DNA of 64,000 nt from the human T2T-CHM13v2.0 reference genome, Homo sapiens. Location: assembly GCF_009914755.1 (NCBI RefSeq), contig NC_060948.1. One strand, written 5' to 3'. Positions 39,271 to 53,481 of the stretch are shown piece after piece. The first letter of the stretch is position 1. Every line of letters begins with the position of its first letter. The position numbers and the translations under genes were made by a program. The notes under the pieces were generated by a model. The model had not been told where the DNA came from. It did no database searches and saw only the letters and a list, made by a program, of their open reading frames with translations.

Positions 39271-42200
39271 ATGGAATCAAATCAATGGAATCAAATCAAA
39301 TGGAATGGAAAGGAATTGAATGGAGTAGATTGGATTGGATGGGATTGGAATGAAATGTACTGGAAAGGACTCGAATTTCATGAAATGGAATGGAATGAAT
39401 TGGAACGGAATGGACTCGAATGGAATGGAATGTCATGGAATGGCATCAAATGGAATGGCATCAAATGGAATGGAATCGAATGCAATGGAATGCTATGGAA
39501 TGGAATGGAATGCATTGGAATGGAATGTCCTCTAATGGAATGGATTCGAGTGGAATGGAATCGAATATAATGGAGTCGAATGAAAAGGAATTGAAAGGAG
39601 TGGGATCGAATACAATGGAATATACTGGAATGTAATGTAATGAATTCGAATGTAATTGACTGGAATGGAATGTACATGAATGGAATGTAATCGAATGGAA
39701 AGTAATCCAATGGAATAGAATCTAATGCAATAAAACCGACTCAGATAGAGTAGAATGTAATGGAATGGAGTGCAGTGCAATGGAATGGAATGGAATGGAA
39801 TGCAATGGAATGGAATGGAATGGAATGGAATGGAATGGAATGGGATGGAATGGGATGGAATGGATAGTAATGGACTGGAGTGAAATGGACTGGAAAGGAA
39901 TGGACTCAAATTGAAAGGGCTCGAAAGGAATGGAGTCAAATGGAATGGTCTGGAATGGAATGAACACGAATGTAATGCAATCCAATAGAACGGAATCGAA
40001 TGGCATGGAATATAAAGAAATGGAATCGAAGAGTATGGAAACAAATGGAATGGAATTGAGTGGAATGGAATTGAATGGAATGGGAACGAATGGAGTGAAA
40101 TTGTATGCAGTAGAAGGGAATAGAATGGAATGCAAGCGAAAGGAAAGGAATGGATTGGAATGGAATGGAATTCATTGGAATGGAAGGGAATGTAGTGTAA
40201 TGGACAGGCCTGGAATAAAGTGGAATGCTACGGTCTCGAATGGAATAAAAATGTATGGAATGGAATGCAATGAAACGGAATCGAATGTCATAGAATGTAA
40301 TGGAATGCAAAAAAATGGAATCCAAAATCATTGACTGGAAAGGCTGTGTGGCGAAAGGAATTGACTCCAATGGAATGGAATCGAATGGAATGGAAGTGAA
40401 TAGAATCGAACTAAATCGAATGGAATGGAATTGATAGGAACGGAATGGAAAGGAATGCAATGATTTGGCATGGAATGGAATCGAATGGCATCGAATGGAA
40501 TGGAATGGAATGCAATGGAATGGAATGTATTAGAATGTAATGAACTTTAATGGAATGTACTCGAATGGATTCGACTGGAATGGAATGTTCTCGAAGTGAA
40601 TGGACTCCAATGGAATGGATTCAAAAGGAATGGAATCGTACGGAATGGAATCTAATGGAATGGAATTAAATGGAAGTGAATCAAATTGAATAGCACGGAA
40701 TTGAATTGAATGGAATGGAATGCAACGGAATCTAATGAAACGGAAAGGAAAGGAATGGAATGGAATGGAATGGGCTGGAATGGAAAGGAATCGAAACGAA
40801 TGGAATGGAATCGAACTGAAGAGACTGGAATGGAATGCACTGGAATGGAAGGGAGTTTAATGGAAGGTTCCCGAAAAAAATGGAATCGAATGGAATGGAA
40901 TTGAATGGAACGGAATAGAGTCGAATGGAATTGAATGGAATGGAATGGACTAGAGTGAAATGGAATCGAACCACAAGGAATGGACAGGAATAGAATGGTC
41001 TCGAATTGAATGGAATCGTATGGAATGGCATCAAACGGAATGGAATGGACAGCCACGGAATGGAATGCACTCGAATGCAATGGAGTCGAAACTAATGGAC
41101 TGGAATAGAATGGACTCGACTGGTACGGACTCCAATGGAATGGAATCGAATGGAAGGGAATCGAACGGAATGGACTCGAAGGGAAAAGACTGCAATGGAA
41201 AGGTCTCGAATGGAATGGAAATTAATGGAATGGAATGGAATCGAATGAAATGGAGTCAAAAGGAATGGAATCGAATGGCAAGAAATCGAATGAAATGGAA
41301 TCGCAAGGAATTGATGTGAACGGAACGGAATGGAATGGAATCCAAAGGAATGGAATAGAATGGAATGGAATCGAATGGAAAGGACTCGAATGGAAATCAC
41401 TCGAATAGAATGCAATTTAATAAAATAGGATCAAATGTAATGGAATGGAATGGAAAGGAATCGAAACGAAAGGAATGGAGACAGATGGAATGGAATGGAA
41501 CAGAGAGGAATGGTATAGAATGGAATGGAATCATCTGGAATGGAATTGAATGGAATGGAATAATATGAAATGGAATGGAATGGAATGGAATGGAATGCCC
41601 TTGAATTAAATGGACTGGAATGGAATGGACTCGAACAGAGTGGAATGGAAAGTGTTGAGATAGAATGGAATGGACTCCTTTGGAATGGTGTAGTATGCAA
41701 TGCAATCGACTGGCAGGGAATCAAAAGGAATGTTATCGAATGGATTGGACTGGAATGCAATGGACTCGAATAGATTGGAAACGGAATGCAAAGGAATGGA
41801 ATGGAATAGTATGGAATGGAATGGAAAGGAATGGAGTGGAATAGACTAGAGTGGAATGGAATGGACTGGAAAGCAATGGACTGGAATGGAACTTTCTTGA
41901 ATGGACTGGAATCAAACGGAATGGAATGCAATGCAATCAAATGGCATGGAATAAAATAGAATGAAAGAGAATCAAATGGAATTGAATCGAATGGAATCGA
42001 ATGGATTGGAAAGGAATAGAATGGAATGGAATGGAATGGACTAGAATGGAATGGATTCGAATGGAAGGCAAAGGAATGGAATCTATTGGAATGGACTGTA
42101 ATGGAATGGAATGGAAGGGATTGGAATGGACTCGAATGGAATGGACTGCAATAGAAAGGATTCGAATGGAATGAAAAAGAATTGAATGGAATAGAACAGA

Positions 42201-42814
42201 ATGGAATCAAATCGAATGAAATGGAATGGAATAGAAAGGAATGGAATGAAATGGAATGGAAAGGATTCGAATGGAATGCAATCGAATGGAATGGAATCGA
42301 ACGGAATGGAATAAAATGGAAGAAAACTGGCAAGAAATGGAATCGAAATGAATGGAGTGTTATGGAACGGACTCAAAAGGAATTGAATGTAATAGAATGG
42401 AGTGGAGTGGACTCGAATATAATGGACTGGAATGGAATGAAATCACATGGAATGGGAACGAATGGAATGGAATGGAAAGGAATGGAATCGAATGGAAAGG
42501 AATCGAATGGAAGGGAATGAAATTGAATCAACAGGAATGGAAGGGAATAGAATAGACGGTAATGGAATGGACTCGAATAGAATGGACACGAATGCTCAAA
42601 TTGAATGGACTCGAATGGAATGGAAACGAAAGGAATGTCATCGAATGGAATTGAATCGATTGGAATGAAATCGCATAGAATGGAGTGGAATCAAATGGAA
42701 TTGAATCGAAAGGAAAGGAAGCGAATGGACTGAAATGAAATGGAATGGAATTGAATGGAAAGTAATGCAATGGAATAGAATGGAACGAAATTTCACGGAA
42801 TGGAATCAAACTGA
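39271..42814 (+). repeat. Macro-unit U12 (3544 bp, U8-like)
   Basis: Shares gagtatgg and agagaggaat with U8 at offset 14,221; private EcoRI 39642-39647. Confidence 0.9.
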
Positions 42815-45800
42815 ATGGAATCAAATCAATGGAATCAAATCAAATGGAATGGAAAGGAATTGAATGGAGTAGATTGGATTGGATGGGATTGGAATGAAAT
42901 GTACTGGAAAGGACTCGAATTTCATGAAATGGAATGGAATGAATTGGAACGGAATGGACTCGAATGGAATGGAATGTCATGGAATGGCATCAAATGGAAT
43001 GGCATCAAATGGAATGGAATCGAATGCAATGGAATGCTATGGAATGGAATGGAATGCATTGGAATGGAATGTCCTCTAATGGAATGGATTCGAGTGGAAT
43101 GGAATCGAATATAATGGAGTCGAATGAAAAGGAATTGAAAGGAGTGGGATCGAATACAATGGAATATACTGGAATGTAATGTAATGAACTCGAATGTAAT
43201 TGACTGGAATGGAATGTACATGAATGGAATGTAATCGAATGGAAAGTAATCCAATGGAATAGAATCTAATGCAATAAAACCGACTCAGATAGAGTAGAAT
43301 GTAATGGAATGGAGAGCAGTGCAATGGAATGGAATGGAATGGAATGCAATGGAATGGAATGGAATGGAATGGAATGGAATGGAATGGGATGGAATGAGAT
43401 GGAATGGTATGGAGTGGATAGTAATGGACTGGAGTGAAATGGACTGGAAAGGAATGGACTCAAATTGAAAGGGCTCGAAAGGAATGGAGTCAAATGGAAT
43501 GGTCTGGAATGGAATGAACACGAATGTAATGCAATCCAATAGAATGGAATCGAATGGCATGGAATATAAAGAAATGGAATCGAAGAGAATGGAAACAAAT
43601 GGAATGGAATTGAATGGAATGGAATTGAATGGAATGGGAACGAATGGAGTGAAATTGTATGCAGTAGAAGGGAATAGAATGGAATGCAAGCGAAAGGAAA
43701 GGAATGGATTGGAATGGAATGGAATTCATTGGAATGGAAGGGAATGTAGTGTAATGGACAGGCCTGGAATAAAGTGGAATGCTACGGTCTCGAATGGAAT
43801 AAAAATGTATGGAATGGAATGCAATGAAACGGAATCGAATGTCATAGAATGTAATGGAATGCAAAAAAATGGAATCCAAAATCATTGACTGGAAAGGCTG
43901 GGTGTCGAAAGGAATTGACTCCAATGGAATGGAATCGAATGGAATGGAAGTGAATAGAATCGAACTAAATCGAATGGAATGGAATTGATAGGAACGGAAT
44001 GGAAAGGAATGCAATGATTTGGCATGGAATGGAATCGAATGGCATCGAATGGAATGGAATGGAATGCAATGGAATGGAATGTATTAGAATGTAATGAACT
44101 TTAATGGAATGTACTCGAATGGATTCGACTGGAATGGAATGTTCTGGAAGTGAATGGACTCCAATGGAATGGATTCAAAAGGAATGGAATCGTACGGAAT
44201 GGAATCTAATGGAATGGAATTAAATGGAAATGAATCAAATTGAATAGCACGGAATTGAATTGAATGGAATGGAATGCAATGGAATCTAATGAAACGGAAA
44301 GGAAAGGAATGGAATGGAATGGAAAGGGATGGAATGGAAAGGAATCGAAACGAATGGAATGGAATCGAACTGAAGAGACTGGAATGGAATGCACTGGAAT
44401 GGAAAGGAGTGTAATGGAAGGTTCTCGAAAAAAATGGAATCGAATGGAATGGAATTGAATGGAACGGAATAGAGTCGAATGGAATTGAATGGAATGGAAT
44501 GGACTAGAGTGAAATGGAATCGAACCACAAGGAATGGACAGGAATAGAATGGTCTCGAATTGAATGGAATCGTATGGAATGGCATCAAACGGAATGGAAT
44601 GGACAGCCACGGAATGGAATGCACTCGAATGCAATGGAGTCGAAACTAATGGACTGGAATAGAATGGACTCGACTGGTACGGACTCCAATGGAATGGAAT
44701 CGAATGGAAGGGAATCGAACGGAATGGACTCGAAGGGAAAAGACTGCAATGGAAAGGTCTCGAATGGAATGGAAATTAATGGAATGGAATGGAATCGAAT
44801 GAAATGGAGTCAAAAGGAATGGAATCGAATGGCAAGAAATCGAATGTAATGGAATCGCAAGGAATTGATGTGAACGGAACGGAATGGAATGGAATCCAAA
44901 GGAATGGAATAGAATGGAATGGAATCGAATGGAAAGGACTCGAATGGAAAACACTCGAATAGAATGCAATTTAATAAAATAGGATCAAATGTAATGGAAT
45001 GGAATGGAAAGGAATCGAAACGAAAGGAATGGAGACAGATGGAATGGAATGGAACAGAGAGCAATGGTATAGAATGGAATGGAATCATCTGGAATGGAAT
45101 TGAATGGAATGGAATAATATGAAATGGAATGGAATGGAATGGAATGGAATGGAATGGAATGCCCTTGAATTAAATGGACTGGAATGGAATGGACTCGAAC
45201 AGAGTGGAATGGAAAGTGTTGAGATAGAATGCAATGGACTCCTTCGGAATGGTCTAGTATGCAATGCAATCGACTGGCAGGGAATCAAACGGAATGTAAT
45301 CGAATGGATTGGACTGGAATGCAGTGGACTCGAATAGATTGGAAACGGAATGCAAAGGAATGGAATGGAATAGTATGGAATGGAATGGAAAGGAATGGAG
45401 TGGAATAGACTAGAGTGGAATGGAATGGACTGGAAAGCAATGGACTGGAATGGAACTTTCTTGAATGGACTGGAATCAAACGGAATGGAATGCAATGCAA
45501 TCAAATGGCATGGAATAAAATAGAATGAAAGAGAATCAAATGGAATTGAATCGAATGGAATCGAATGGATTGGAAAGGAATAGAATGGAATGGAATGGAA
45601 TGGACTCAAATGGAATGGATTCGAATGGAAGGCAAAGGAATGGAATCTATTGGAATGGACTGTAATGGAATGGAATGGAAGGGATTGGAATGGACTCGAA
45701 TGGAATGGACTGCAATAGAAAGGATTCGAATGGAATGAAAAAGAATTGAATGGAATAGAACAGAATGGAATCAAATCGAATGAAATGGAATGGAATAGAA

Positions 45801-46377
45801 AGGAATGGAATGAAATGGAATGGAAAGGATTCGAATGGAATGCAATCGAATGGAATGGAATCGAACGGAATGGAATAAAATGGAAGAAAACTGGCAAGAA
45901 ATGGAATCGAAATGAATGGAGTGTTATGGAACGGACTCAAAAGGAATTGAATGTAATAGAATGGAGTGGAGTGGACTCGAATATAATGGACTGGAATGGA
46001 ATGAAATCACATGGAATGGGAACGAATGGAATGGAATGGAAAGGAGTGGAATCGAATGCAAAGGAATCGAATGGAAGGGAATGAAATTGAATCAACAGGA
46101 ATGGAAGGGAATAGAATAGACGGTAATGGAATGGACTCGAATAGAATGGACACGAATGCTCAAATTGAATGGACTCCAATGGAATGGAAACGAAAGGAAT
46201 GTCATCGAATAGAATTGAATCGACTGGAATGAAATCGCAAGAATGGAGTGGAATCAAATGGAATTGAATCGAAAGGAAAGGAAGCGAATGGACTGAAATG
46301 AAATGGAATGGAATTGAATGGAAAGTAATGCAATGGAATAGAATGGAACGAAATTTCACGGAATGGAATCAAACTGA
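42815..46377 (+). repeat. Macro-unit U13 (3563 bp)
   Basis: The 5' part matches U9. The 3' part shares rare variants with U2, including the 1-bp deletion at ~46239. Confidence 0.9.
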
Positions 46378-49300
46378 ATGGAATCAAATCAATGGAATCT
46401 AATCAAATGGAATGGAAGGGAATTGAATGGAGTAGATTGGATTGGATGGGATTGGAGTGAAATGTACTGGAAAGGACTCGAATTTCATGAAACGGAATGG
46501 AATGAATTGGAACGGAATGGACTCGAATGGAATGGAATGTCATGGAATGGCATCAAATGGAATGGCATCAAATGGAATGGAATCAAATGCAATGGAATGG
46601 TATGGAATGGAATGGAATGCATTGGAATGGAATGTCCTCTAATGGAATGGATTCGAGTGGAATGGAATCGAATATAATGGAGTCGAATGAAATGGAATTG
46701 AAAGGAATGGGATCGAATACAATGGAATATGCTGGAATGTAATGTAATGAACTCGAATGTAATTGACTGGAATGGAATGTACATGAATGGAATGTAATCG
46801 AATGGAGAGTAATCCAATGGAATAGAATCTAATGCAATAAAATCGACTCAGATAGAGTAGAATGTAATGGAATGGAGTGCAGTACAATGGAATGGAATGG
46901 AATGCAATGGAATGGAATGGAATGGAATGGAATGGAATGGGATGGAATGGGATGGAATGGTATGGAGTGGATAGTAATGGACTGGAGTGAAATGGACTGG
47001 AAAGGAATGGACTCAAATTGAAAGGGATCGAAAGGAATGGAGTCAAATGGAATGGTCTGGAATGGAATGAACACGAATGTAATGCAATCCAATAGAATGG
47101 AATCGAATGGCATGGAATATAAAGAAATGGAATCGAAGAGAATGGAAACAAATGGAATGGAATTGAATGGAATGGAATTGAATGGAATGGGAACGAATGG
47201 AGTGAAATTGTATGCAGTAGAAGGGAATAGAATGGAATGCAAGCGAAAGGAAAGGAATGGATTGGAATGGAATGGAATTCATTGGAATGGAAGGGAATGT
47301 AGTGTAATGGACAGGCCTGGAATAAAGTGGAATGCTACGGTCTCGAATGGAATAAAAATGTATGGAATGGAATGCAATGAAACGGAATCGAATGTCATAG
47401 AATGTAATGGAATGCAAAAAAATGGAATCCAAAATCATTGACTGGAAAGGCTGGGTGTCGAAAGGAATTGACTCCAATGATATGGAATCGAATGGAATGG
47501 AAGTGAATAGAATCGAACTAAATCGAATGGAATGGAATTGATAGGAACGGAATGGAAAGGAATGCAATGAATTGGCATGGAATGGAAATCGAATGGCATC
47601 GAATGGAATGGAATGGAATGCAATGGAATGGAATGTATTAGAATGTAATGAACTTTAATGGAATGTACTCGAATGGATTCGACTGGAATGGAATGTTCTG
47701 GAAGTGAATGGACTCCAATGGAATGGATTCAAAAGGAATGGAATCGTACGGAATGGAATCTAATGGAATGGAATTAAATGGAAATGAATCAAATTGAATA
47801 GCACGGAATTGAATTGAATGGAATGGAATGCAATGGAATCTAATGAAACGGAAAGGAAAGGAATGGAATGGAATGGAATGGGCTGGAATGGAAAGGAATC
47901 GAAACGAATGGAATGGAATCGAACTGAAGAGACTGGAATGGAATGCACTGGAATGGAAGAGAGTGTAATGGAAGGTTCTCGAAAAAAATGGAATCGAATG
48001 GAATGGAATTGAATGGAACGGAATAGAGTCGAATGGAATTGAATGGAATGGAATGGACTAGAGTGAAATGGAATCGAACCACAAGGAATGGACAGGAATA
48101 GAATGGTCTCGAATTGAATGGAATCGTATGGAATGGCATCAAACGGAATGGAATGGACAGCCACGGAATGGAATGCACTCGAATGCAATGGAGTCGAAAC
48201 TAATGGACTGGAATAGAATGGACTCGACTGGTACGGACTCCAATGGAATGGAATCGAATGGAAGGGAATCGAACGGAATGGACTCGAAGGGAAAAGACTG
48301 CAATGGAAAGGTCTCGAATGGAATGGAAATTAATGGAATGGAATGGAATCGAATGAAATGGAGTCAAAAGGAATGGAATCGAATGGCAAGAAATCGAATG
48401 TAATGGAATCGCAAGGAATTGATGTGAACGGAACGGAATGAAATGGAATCCAAAGGAATGGAATAGAATGGAATGGAATCGAATGGAAAGGACTCGAATG
48501 GAAATCACTCGAATAGAATGCAATTTAATAAAATAGGATCAAATGTAATGGAATGGAATGGAAAGGAATCGAAACGAAAGGAATGGAGACAGATGGAATG
48601 GAATGGAACAGAGAGCAATGGTATAGAATGGAATGGAATCATCTGGAATGGAATTGAATGGAATGGAATAATATGAAATGGAATGGAATGGAATGGAATG
48701 GAATGCCCTTGAATTAAATGGACTGGAATGGAATGGACTCGAACAGAGTGGAATGGAAAGTGTTGAGATAGAATGGAATGGACTCCTTTGGAATGGTGTA
48801 GTATGCAATGCAATCGACTGGCAGGGAATCAAAAGGAATGTAATGGAATGGATTGGACTGGAATGCAATGGACTCGAATAGATTGGAAACGGAATGCAAA
48901 GGAATGGAATGGAATAGTATGGAATGGAATGGAAAGGAATGGAGTGGAATAGACTAGAGTGGAATGGAATGGACTGGAAAGCAATGGACTGGAATGGAAC
49001 TTTCTTGAATGGACTGGAATCAAACGGAATGGAATGCAATGCAATCAAATGGCATGGAATAAAATAGAATGAAAGAGAATCAAATGGAATTGAATCGAAT
49101 GGAATCGAATGGATTGGAAAGGAATAGAATGGAATGGAATGGAATGGACTAGAATGGAATGGATTCGAATGGAAGGCAAAGGAATGGAATCTATTGGAAT
49201 GGACTGTAATGGAATGGAATGGAAGGGATTGGAATGGACTCGAATGGAATGGACTGCAATAGAAAGGATTCGAATGGAATGAAAAAGAATTGAATGGAAT

Positions 49301-49922
49301 AGAACAGAATGGAATCAAATCGAATGAAATGGAATGGAATAGAAAGGAATGGAATGAAATGGAATGGAAAGGATTCGAATGGAATGCAATCGAATGGAAT
49401 GGAATCGAACGGAATGGAATAAAATGGAAGAAAACTGGCAAGAAATGGAATCGAAATGAATGGAGTGTTATGGAACGGACTCAAAAGGAATTGAATGTAA
49501 TAGAATGGAGTGGAGTGGACTCGAATATAATGGACTGGAATGGAATGAAATCACAAGGAATGGGAACGAATGGAATGGAATGGAAAGGAATGGAATCGAA
49601 TGGAAAGGAATCGAATGGAAGGGAATGAAATTGAATCAACAGGAATGGAAGGGAATAGAATAGACGGTAATGGAATGGACTCGAATAGAATGGACACTAA
49701 TGCTCAAATTGAATGGACTCGAATGGAATGGAAACGAAAGGAATGTCATCGAATGGAATTGAATGGATTGGAATGAAATCGCATAGAATGGAGTGGAATC
49801 AAATGGAATTGAATCGAAAGGAAAGGAAGCGAATGGACTGAAATGAAATGGAATGGAATTGAATGGAAAGTAATGCAATGGAATAGAATGGAACGAAATT
49901 TCACGGAATGGAATCAAACTGA
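46378..49922 (+). repeat. Macro-unit U14 (3545 bp)
   Basis: Anchor spacing; private 1-bp A insertion at ~47587. Confidence 0.9.
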
Positions 49923-52900
49923 ATGGAATCAAATCAATGGAATCAAATCAAATGGAATGGAAAGGAATTGAATGGAGTAGATTGGATTGGATGGGATTGG
50001 AATGAAATGTACTGGAAAGGACTCGAATTTCATGAAACGGAATGGAATGAATTGGAACGGAATGGACTCGAATGGAATGGAATGTCATGGAATGGCATCA
50101 AATGGAATGGCATCAAATGGAATGGAATCGAATGCAATGGAATGCTATGGAATGGAATGGAATGCATTGGAATGGAATGTCCTCTAATGGAATGGATTCG
50201 AGTGGAATGGAATCGAATATAATGGAGTCGAATGAAATGGAATTGAAAGGAATGGGATCGAATACAATGGAATATACTGGAATGTAATGTAATGAACTCG
50301 AATGTAATTGACTGGAATGGAATGTACATGAATGGAATGTAATCGAATGGAAAGTAATCCAATGGAATAGAATCTAATGCAATAAAATCGACTCAGATAG
50401 AGTAGAATGTAATGGAATGGAGTGCAGTGCAATGGAATGGAATGGAATGGAATGCAATGGAATGGAATGGAATGGAATGGAATGGGATGGAATGGGATGG
50501 AATGGTATGGAATGGATAGTAATGGACTGGAGTGAAATGGACTGGAAAGGAATGGACTCAAATTGAAAGGGCTCGAAAGGAATGGAGTCAAATGGAATGG
50601 TCTGGAATGGAATGAACACGAATGTAATGCAATCCAATAGAATGGAATCGAATGGCATGGAATATAAAGAAATGGAATCGAAGAGAATGGAAACAAATGG
50701 AATGGAATTGAATGGAATGGAATTGAATGGAATGGGAACGAATGGAGTGAAATTGTATGCAGTAGAAGGGAATAGAATGGAATGCAAGCGAAAGGAAAGG
50801 AATGGATTGGAATGGAATGGAATTCATTGGAATGGAAGGGAATGTAGTGTAATGGACAGGCCTGGAATAAAGTGGAATGCTACGGTCTCGAATGGAATAA
50901 AAATGTATGGAATGGAATGCAATGAAACGGAATCGAATGTCATAGAATGTAATGGAATGCAAAAAAATGGAATCCAAAATCATTGACTGGAAAGGCTGGG
51001 TGTCGAAAGGAATTGACTCCAATGGAATGGAATCGAATGGAATGGAAGTGAATAGAATCGAACTAAATCGAATGGAATGGAATTGATAGGAACGGAATGG
51101 AAAGGAATGCAATGATTTGGCATGGAATGGAATCGAATGGCATCGAATGGAATGGAATGGAATGCAATGGAATGGAATGCATTAGAATGTAATGAACTTT
51201 AATGGAATGTACTCGAATGGATTCGACTGGAATGGAATGTTCTGGAAGTGAATGGACTCCAATGGAATGGATTCCAAAGGAATGGAATCGTACGGAATGG
51301 AATCTAATGGAATGGAATTAAATGGAAATGAATCAAATTGAATAGCACGGAATTGAATTGAATGGAATGGAATGCAATGGAATCTAATGAAACGGAAAGG
51401 AAATGAATGGAATGGAATGGAATGGGCTGGAATGGAAAGGAATCGAAACGAATGGAATGGAATCGAACTGAAGAGACTGGAATGGAATGCACTGGAATGG
51501 AAGGGAGTGTAATGGAAGGTTCTCGAAAAAAATGGAATCGAATGGAATGGAATTGAATGGAACGGAATAGAGTCGAATGGAATTGAATGGAATGGAATGG
51601 ACTAGAGTGAAATGGAATCGAACCACAAGGAATGGACAGGAATAGAATGGTCTCGAATTGAATGGAATCGTATGGAATGGCATCAAACGGAATGGAATGG
51701 ACAGCCACGGAATGGAATGCACTCGAATGCAATGGAGTCGAAACTAATGGACTGGAATAGAATGGACTCGACTGGTACGGACTCCAATGGAATGGAATCG
51801 AATGGAAGGGAATCGAACGGAATGGACTCGAAGGGAAAAGACTGCAATGGAAAGGTCTCGAATGGAATGGAAATTAATGGAATGGAATGGAATCGAATGA
51901 AATGGAGTCAAAAGGAATGGAATCGAATGGCAAGAAATCGAATGTAATGGAATCGCAAGGAATTGATGTGAACGGAACGGAATGGAATGGAATCCAAAGG
52001 AATGGAATAGAATGGAATGGAATCGAATGGAAAGGACTTGAATGGAAATCACTCGAATAGAATGCAATTTAATAAAAAAGGATCAAATGTAATGGAATGG
52101 AATGGAAAGGAATCGAAACGAAAGGAATGGAGACAGATGGAATGGAATGGAACAGAGAGCAATGGTATAGAATGGAATGGAATCATCTGGAATGGAATTG
52201 AATGGAATGGAATAATATGAAATGGAATGGAATGGAATGGAATGGAATGCCCTTGAATTAAATGGACTGGAATGGAATGGACTCGAACAGAGTGGAATGG
52301 AAAGTGTTGAGATAGAATGGAATGGACTCCTTTGGAATGGTGTAGTATGCAATGCAATCGACTGGCAGGGAATCAAAAGGAATGTAATGGAAGGGATTGG
52401 ACTGGAATGCAATGGACTCGAATAGATTGGAAACGGAATGCAAAGGAATGGAATGGAATAGTATGGAATGGAATGGAAAGGAATGGAGTGGAATAGACTA
52501 GAGTGGAATGGAATGGACTGGAAAGCAATGGACTGGAATGGAACTTTCTTGAATGGACTGGAATCAAACGGAATGGAATGCAATGCAATCAAATGGCATG
52601 GAATAAAATAGAATGAAAGAGAATCAAATGGAATTGAATCGAATGGAATCGAATGGATTGGAAAGGAATAGAATGGAATGGAATGGAATTGACTCAAATG
52701 GAATGGACTAGAATGGAATGGATTCGAATGGAAGGCAAAGGAATGGAATCTATTGGAATGGACTGTAATGGAATGGAATGGAAGGGATTGGAATGGACTC
52801 GAATGGAATGGACAGCAATAGAAAGGATTCGAATGGAATGAAAAAGAATTGAATGGAATAGAACAGAATGGAATCAAATCGAATGAAATGGAAGGGAATA

Positions 52901-53481
52901 GAAAGGAATGGAATGAAATGGAATGGAAAGGATTCGAATGGAATGCAATCGAATGGAATGGAATCGAACGGAATGGAATAAAATGGAAGAAAACTGGCAA
53001 GAAATGGAATCGAAATGAATGGAGTGTTATGGAACGGACTCAAAAGGAATTGAATGTAATAGAATGGAGTGGAGTGGACTCGAATATAATGGACTGGAAT
53101 GGAATGAAATCACATGGAATGGGAACGAATGGAATGGAATGGAAAGGAATGGAATCGAATGGAAAGGAATCGAATGGAAGGGAATGAAATTGAATCAACA
53201 GGAATGGAAGGGAATAGAATAGACGGTAATGGAATGGACTCGAATTGAATGGACACGAATGCTCAAATTGAATGGACTCGAATGGAATGGAAACGAAAGG
53301 AATGTCATCGAATGGAATTGAATGGATTGGAATGAAATCGCATAGAATGGAGTGGAATCAAATGGAATTGAATCGAAAGGAAAGGAAGCGAATGGACTGA
53401 AATGAAATGGAATGGAATTGAATGGAAAGTAATGCAATGGAATAGAATGGAACGAAATTTCACGGAATGGAATCAAACTGA
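49923..53481 (+). repeat. Macro-unit U15 (3559 bp)
   Basis: Anchor spacing 49923->53482. Confidence 0.9.

Noticed and set aside
47586-47588. Private 1-bp A insertion shifting the register in U14
   Set aside because: A singleton in a short homopolymer cannot be distinguished from a sequencing or consensus error.
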